From the NCBI GenBank assembly GCA_964016885.1, contig OZ024743.1, forward strand, positions 253,766,001-253,830,000: 64,000 bases of DNA, written 5' to 3'. Below are positions 54,566 through 64,000 of the stretch, one piece after another; position 1 is the stretch's first letter, and every line of letters begins with the position of its first letter. Made by a program: the position numbers and the translations under genes. The notes beneath the pieces were generated by a model. It ran no database searches, was not told the origin of the DNA, and saw only the letters and a list, made by a program, of their open reading frames with translations. The DNA comes from Eledone cirrhosa (lineage: Eukaryota).

Positions 54566-55020
54566 CATGAAGCCGAGAATCATTTGGTTACCTAAATATT
54601 ATTTTAGTCTACGACTTCAGTTATACCATTTACGTGGATTTGTCTTTGCGTGTAATTGTCCCCATTGTTCCACATAATGACGTATTATCTTCGTTTTTTC
54701 CGTTCATTGCCAGAGAACGTCTCTACGAACCACCTAATAGAATATTAGTCTACGACTTCATTTATACCATAAACGTGGTTTTGTCTTTGCGTGTAATTGT
54801 TTTCACCGCTCCAAATAATGACGTATTATATTCGTTTTGTTTCGTTCTATGCCAGGGAATGTTTCCACGAACGAAAGTATCGTCTTCCTGTCTATCTTCG
54901 GTTGCAACGGTTTTTGAAATATTTACTTTTGCGTTCACAGATTGACTTTTTAGTTTCGGAAGATCCCGTTAATGGTGAAAGCAGCTATTCTTTGCTTAAA
55001 CTTTAATATGTTATTTTCAT
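54565..55020 (+). mobile_element. Family A copy (variant HHR at 54952-55002)
   Basis: Homology to other family A copies. Confidence 0.75.
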
Positions 55021-55029
55021 AAATATATA

Positions 55030-55108
<79 letters not shown>

Positions 55109-55189
55109 GCATGATTAGTGGTCTCCCCAATCTCAGTACCGCAGACTCAATATATATATACATATATAAATATTTATATATATATATGC

Positions 55190-57585
<2,396 letters not shown>

Positions 57586-57605
57586 TTATATATATATATA
57601 TATAT

Positions 57606-57786
57606 AAACAAGTATGACCCCGACGGCAGAGCTCAAGCCGTTTCGACGGCTATTTCTGGACTCAGTAGCCGTCGATACGGGTTGAGCTCTGCCGTCGGGG
57701 TCATACTTTTTTCCTATTTCCCACTCTACTACCCTGAGTATTGAGTACTCTGGTGCGTTATGGTCCATCTGGTTCCTATCACAATT

Positions 57787-57790
<4 letters not shown>
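57606..57790 (+). mobile_element. Short fold-back element in (TA)n
   Basis: Palindrome ~57610-57709 plus tail shared with 26371-26568. Confidence 0.8.
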
Positions 57791-57877
<87 letters not shown>

Positions 57878-58009
57878 TATGTGTATGTATTTGTTTTCAT
57901 GGAATGATATTTGTTCACCATCCAACACACATTTATAAATACACACTCACAATTGCACACCTGCACTAATACACCCATATATGTTTACTTAAGCTAAACA
58001 CACATCTAT

Positions 58010-58092
<83 letters not shown>

Positions 58093-58145
58093 GACATATA
58101 GAGATATAAACATACATTAAATATATATATATTTCATTTTGATTA

Positions 58146-58273
<128 letters not shown>

Positions 58274-58362
58274 TATATTCATATATATATACATGCGTGT
58301 GCACTTACACACACACACGTGGAAAACTGGATGTAAAAATTATGATGAATATGTCTCTCTCC

Positions 58363-58395
<33 letters not shown>

Positions 58396-59072
58396 CATCC
58401 TGATCATCATCATATAAATGTTCTTTTCCCCTGCTAAATGATATGTGCATAATTGTGTATATATATATATGTAATGTTTACAAGTAATTGAACTTAAACA
58501 CACAGAGGTGTTGGCTTTGGCAGCTCAACTAGAAACCATATATTTCTACATATAAAATTACTAGTAAATAGATATTCAAAGAGCTGATAGCTGAAGGTTT
58601 TACCATCTTTAATACAGGAATTAAGATAAAAAATGTAATATGTTCCACACATTTTTCAACTTGAAAGAATCAAAAGTATAAGTTACATAAATATTTTTTC
58701 ATATGCTTATATTCTTTTTTACTGTTTACTCATATTAGACTGTTGCCATGCTGGAGCACTGCCTTAAAGTGATTTAGTCTTTCATATCACCATAACTATT
58801 TAATTTTCCAATTCTCATATTTATGCTACTGAACTTTTTTGAGTGAACTGCTAAGATACAGAGCATACACAAGCAAACACTCACACATACACATACAATC
58901 ATCACCATCATGATAATTTTTACATCCACATTTCTATGCTGGCATAGGTTGCATGAGGTTTTTACAGTAAATGTTTTAGAGCCAGATGACCTCCTTTATG
59001 CCAACCCTTTTTCTCAGCTCTAAAACCACATAGGGATACGGTGTAACTATTGTTAAATCAACGATACACATG

Positions 59073-59222
<150 letters not shown>

Positions 59223-60276
59223 AAGGCCTCCACATAGTATTCATGTATCACTCCACACATTATGGTCAACCCGCTCTAGGATCTAGTAGAAAACAGTCGC
59301 CTAAGGTTTCTTGCAGTAAAAACGATCTCACCATGTAGTTGCAGAGAAATCCTTCACCATGCAACCATGACTGTGATTATTCATTAGTTTCATTATTTAT
59401 TTACTTAATGACTTTTAAAATATCAGCTAAAATCCTGTTTTTTACCAATACAGGGTATGACAGTAAAGGTCTTTCTATTTAGTGGAACTAACTTTACTTC
59501 CTTACTTAAATCAGGTTTCCATCTGTGTAAAAGTAACATTGTCATTTTGGTCGTTTAGTAACTGATACTACCAGAGATTGAATAGTATTTCAGTAGCTAA
59601 TACTACTAGTAGCTGATATTACCATACTTTTCCTGCATTCTTCAATTTTTCTTTGAGGCAGGTTCTCCTTGTTTACTGTCATACCCAGCCCTCCAACCCC
59701 CTAGCCTCAAAAATTAAAAAAATCTATATAAAAAGGCATAAAGAGAATGGAGTGATTAAAAGCCAACTCCTATAAAAGGGCATTATAAAAATATTATTTG
59801 ACTCAAAGGATTGGTTGGGACTGAGTTAAGCTCACCTCATGGGAAAATATTTGCTATAATGTTTTGCTAAAATGATTCTGGGTATGAAAAAATATTTAGA
59901 TGAACGATGATGCTATACATACATACATACGTACAAACATGCATACCTACATGCATACATAGGTACACACATGTATATACACATATTTGTAATAATTCTT
60001 CATTGCATATTTGCTGACTGAAAAATTTGCTTCAAAAAAGGATCCCATTGAAGCTTATCATATGGTTCTTTAGGCTAACTCGTGTCTTAACAAGGAACAT
60101 TGCCTTTAAATGCTTGTTATATAGTAATTTATATGGCATCTTTGGAAACATAGACAACAGTAGTTTATTATGTTTTTACATAACCTCTGTTCATCATTCT
60201 CTCAAACTGTCTGCCTGTCTTGTTTGTCTATATCTTTATAAATGTTCTATATATTATTCCACCAGTATCCCCCCCC

Positions 60277-60309
<33 letters not shown>

Positions 60310-60441
60310 ACAACACATTCGAGTCCGTTTTCAACACAACTCCCAATGGATAGCTTATATGTTGTCATATTAAATAGACCTACCCAAAGATGAAAACCTA
60401 GTCTTTTCTTTGCTAATTATCTTGATTATTATACCTATGGT

Positions 60442-60820
60442 AAATTTAGTTCTATTATTATTAAATCCCTCCAAATTCTTAACTATTTTCAAAATTATTT
60501 GAAAATAATAGAGAGTGATGAAAGGTAAAACTATTTATATTTATCTAAAAACATTCTGTCAAAATAATCAGAACATAAAATTATTACTTATATTACTAAT
60601 TATATCTGTACAGCTGTTTCATATGTTTTCCTTATGATTTGAAACAGCTGTACAGATATAATTAGTAATATAAGTAATTATTTTATGTTCTGATTATTTT
60701 GACAGAATGTTTTTAGATAAATATAAATAGTTTTACCTTTTCATCACTCTCTATTATTTTCAAATAATTTTGAAAATAGTTAAGAATTTGGAGGGATTTA
60801 ATAATAATAGAACTAAATTT
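60442..60820. repeat. Near-perfect 180-bp-arm palindrome whose arms begin with the 3' half of a hammerhead
   Basis: Arms 60442-60621 and 60640-60820; GAAA-CAGCTG-TA at 60641. Confidence 0.9.
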
Positions 60821-60824
60821 CTCT

Positions 60825-61362
60825 TTAATAAGGTGGAATAGGCAGACCTAGAAAATCCTGGGACGAGCTGATAAACTCCGACCTCACACACTTACACCTC
60901 TCCAAGACAATGTCACTGGACCGAGACCTTTGGCGGTACTCAGTAATAGAGAAGACCCGCCTTACCTAAATACATAGTAAAACCTACTACAGCCAGTAGG
61001 CATCTCTAACAAAATACACCCCGTCCCACCACCCCCACCCCATCCACACCACGCCCTCCTATGTAAAGTTATGTTGGTGCCACAACATCCAGGCCGAAAC
61101 AAATGAGATCGTGTAGGTGTCACGACAAAAAAACACACAGTCCACGCTGTAATGTGGCCGTGTAGGCAACACGGTAAAAACCTCCCAGTCCCACACTGTA
61201 AATGTGGTTGGTGTTAGGAAGGGCATCCAACTGTAGAAAACCTGCCAGACAGTCCTATGCGAGCAAGACAATCACTCTTGCCTCAAGTGGGAATACCCCC
61301 GTCCAAACCCATGCAAGCGTGGAACACGGACGTTATACGTTGATGATGATGATGATGATGAT
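60825..61362 (+). mobile_element. 5'-truncated RTE LINE 3' end
   Basis: GIGRPRKSWDELINSDL..DRDLWR, 3'UTR and (GAT)n. Confidence 0.85.
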
Positions 61363-61604
61363 GAAGGTGGTGTTTGGAATATAATATAAGAAATGTTTTC
61401 ATATAAAATTATGATTAAGTGTTTTAGATATAAATATAAACCCCCTAAAATAGACAGTTTTGTATCCTTGAATCAGAAGCGGTTTGAAGTAGTTTGGTAT
61501 TAAAATGGTTAAAAATATAATAGACAATACAAAAAAAGACAAAGAATAACAAATAAAAACAAAAAGAATCTGGCTGCAAGAAGAAAGTTGTTTGCACACA
61601 TCTA

Positions 61605-62234
61605 TTAATGAACATTCTGCTGTAGCTTGTTACTTTCTAGCTGTGTTTGGTGTACAATACCTTCCTGTATATATACTGACAAGTGAGAGTCAATGATTAA
61701 ATATATATTCTTCTAGACACACCGATTTCACACAGCAGCCTTTTATATAATTAGTAACCATTGTTGTTTCTTAGTTGCCTATCGATTTGTTTTATTTTAT
61801 TATTATTTTGTTGTTTTTGATTGTTTTCCTTGTTTGTGTGTATATGTGTTTGTCTTTTTGCTTTTGCTTTTGTTTTTAGCAGCATGATCTAACCATCATC
61901 AATCTTCCATGCTGACTTAGCTTGTATGACAACAGTATTTTGGTGCCATTTTTCATGTGTACAGAGATAATTTTTCTGCTGGACATATGGCTTAAATATA
62001 AATAAATATATAAACAGACAGACAAATAGATAAATAGATAGATAGATGGATAGGGTGATGGATAGATAGGTTGATAAATAGATAGAATACAACAAGAAAG
62101 GGAGGGTGTCAACACAAAAGAAATAAAAAGATTTTGTACAACCATCCCTCATATTTTGCCTGATTTTTTTCCTTAAATGAGACATGTTCCTGACAACTTC
62201 CTGTCTCAGTTCCATTATTGTCATACTTGGCTTC
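61605..62234 (-). CDS. Possible three terminal exons of an unknown host gene (62143-62234, 61894-61990, 61605-61664)
   Basis: Non-repetitive segments with AG acceptors, weak GT donors and compatible phases; no recognisable domain. Confidence 0.22.
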
Positions 62235-62289
62235 CTACAATGAAAAGCAATAATTATGATAAAGGTTTCTACATTAAGCACAAGTACAG

Positions 62290-62900
62290 CATTGGTGAAG
62301 GTAGCAACTTGATTAAACCAATCCCAGAACTTGACTAGTATATTATTTTATTGGTCCTAGAAGGTTGAAAGAAAAGTTGATCTTGGCAGGATTTGAACCC
62401 AGAACCTAAAGAAATGTAACTAAATATCACAGAGCATTTTATCAGTGCTCTCCTGATTCTGTCAATCTGCAACCCAGCAACACCAATAATCATAAATAAT
62501 TTTAATTCAAGCACAGGTATAATGATTTTTGAAGAGGTGAAGTTGATTATATCGACTGCAGTACTTGACTGCTATATTTTTTATATTCTGTCGATCCCCG
62601 AAGGATAAAAAGCAAATTTGACCCAGATAGAGCTTGAATTCAGAATGTAAAGAGACAGAACAAATATGGCAATGGGATTTTATCTGATATCCGATTCATT
62701 CCATTAATCCACCTTCACAATATAAATAATACCACTAATAGTAATTTAAGCACAAGACCAACAATTTTGAGATGAAAGGAATGTCACTTAAATTTCGCCC
62801 AGTACTTGACTGACACATTCTTTAATCAACCATATAAGATAAATGGTGAAGTTAACCATGGCTAGATTTGGCATTACAATGTAAAGAGCTGGATTTGCTC
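62290..62900 (-). mobile_element. Three decayed Meta-domain-like SINEs in tandem
   Basis: Reverse complement of the SINE core, separated by (AAT)n. Confidence 0.7.
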
Positions 62901-63674
62901 TAAAAATTATTCCAAACCAGTGCCCTTATTTATAATAATAATAATGACATTAGGCATACAGAAGATGTTAATATTAGTGTATACATGTTGTGCCTCCATT
63001 GGTTACAAAATGTGTTCCAGTTAATGCAATCAAAGGAACAGTATACTCATGAAATTACTGCGCAAGTGACCGAACATACCACAGGCATGTGTACCCCTAA
63101 CAGATTTTTTAAAGAAAATGCAGCATGATGCAGATACAGTGAACATGAAATAAAAAGCCTTGCTCAAGATCTCAAAACTCTACTTGAAATCAGACTCATG
63201 ATTTTATGATCATAAACCAAAGACTGTAACCACTAAACCAGCATCTTCAAATATAAAAGCGGACATAAACTGAAGATGATCATGATGATATCATCATCAT
63301 CATCATTTTACGCCCGCTTTTCCCTGCTTGCAAGGGTGGGACGGGAACTGATTCTGGCTTGATTTCTACAGCTTGATGGCCTTTCTAAAACCAACCTCAA
63401 TTACAATGAGTGCTGGGTGCTTTTTTTCCGTGGCACCTCCACGTCCACTTTACAGTGTGGGCTGGGTGCTGTTTTTGCCATGGCACCTCCACGACCACTT
63501 TGCAGTGGAATAATAGGGACCCCAGCCCTATCATCTCATTTCTGTAAACTGGAGCAATGTGAAATAAAGTGTCTTGCTCAAGGAAACAACACATCACCCG
63601 GTCTGAGAATTGAACTCACAACCTTTTGATTGCAATGCCAATATTCTAACCACTAAATATATATATATATATAT

Positions 63675-63845
63675 GCAAAGTTTTATTTAAATTGTTGGTA
63701 TGTCAAATCTATCTATTTATAAGACTGTTTATATTGTATTTTGTCTGATGAAGGCATACCATATTTTTAATATGATAACCCTGAAATATATATAATGAAA
63801 TAAATATGGTTTTATAAATATAGTTTCCATTTATTTAATATTGTA
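63675..63845 (+). mobile_element. PLE terminal-repeat fragment with hammerhead at 63741-63798, related to the U6-associated cassette
   Basis: CTGATGA 63745, GAAA-TATATA-TA 63783; downstream matches 35131-35175; 5' end is an inverted copy of the element terminus. Confidence 0.75.
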
Positions 63846-63882
63846 CATATATATATATATACATATACATACATACATAGAT

Positions 63883-63958
<76 letters not shown>

Positions 63959-64000
63959 ATATTTGGGGAGGGTCATATTTGCGTAATATTGCCAGAATTA

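Overview
AT-rich eukaryotic DNA made almost entirely of repeats. The (TA)n/(CA)n/(ATT)n microsatellites and SINE/LINE mix suggest an invertebrate, probably an octopus-like cephalopod (inference). No intact host gene is evident; three weak candidate exons lie near 61.6-62.2 kb. Recognisable elements, mostly decayed: R4/Dong-like RT-RLE LINEs stacked in (TAA)n, four Penelope-like elements (PLEs, GIY-YIG with or without RT), a full-length RTE LINE plus fragments, a Tc1, a hAT (Charlie/Buster type), a Helitron, and many SINEs. The main signal is RNA structure: about 29 type-I hammerhead ribozyme (HHR) motifs from about 12 unrelated sequence families, read by eye. Highlights: (i) two loci of a tandem ~425-nt non-coding HHR repeat that looks like a retrozyme/circular RNA and carries an octamer motif; (ii) a near-full-length U6 snRNA copy joined to an HHR-bearing PLE-type terminal repeat inside an inverted-repeat cassette; (iii) a multicopy family with a variant CAGAAGA core; (iv) fold-back palindromes and truncations whose turning point coincides with hammerhead stem II. 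All structures are manual predictions, no activity is shown, and coordinates may be off by a few nt.
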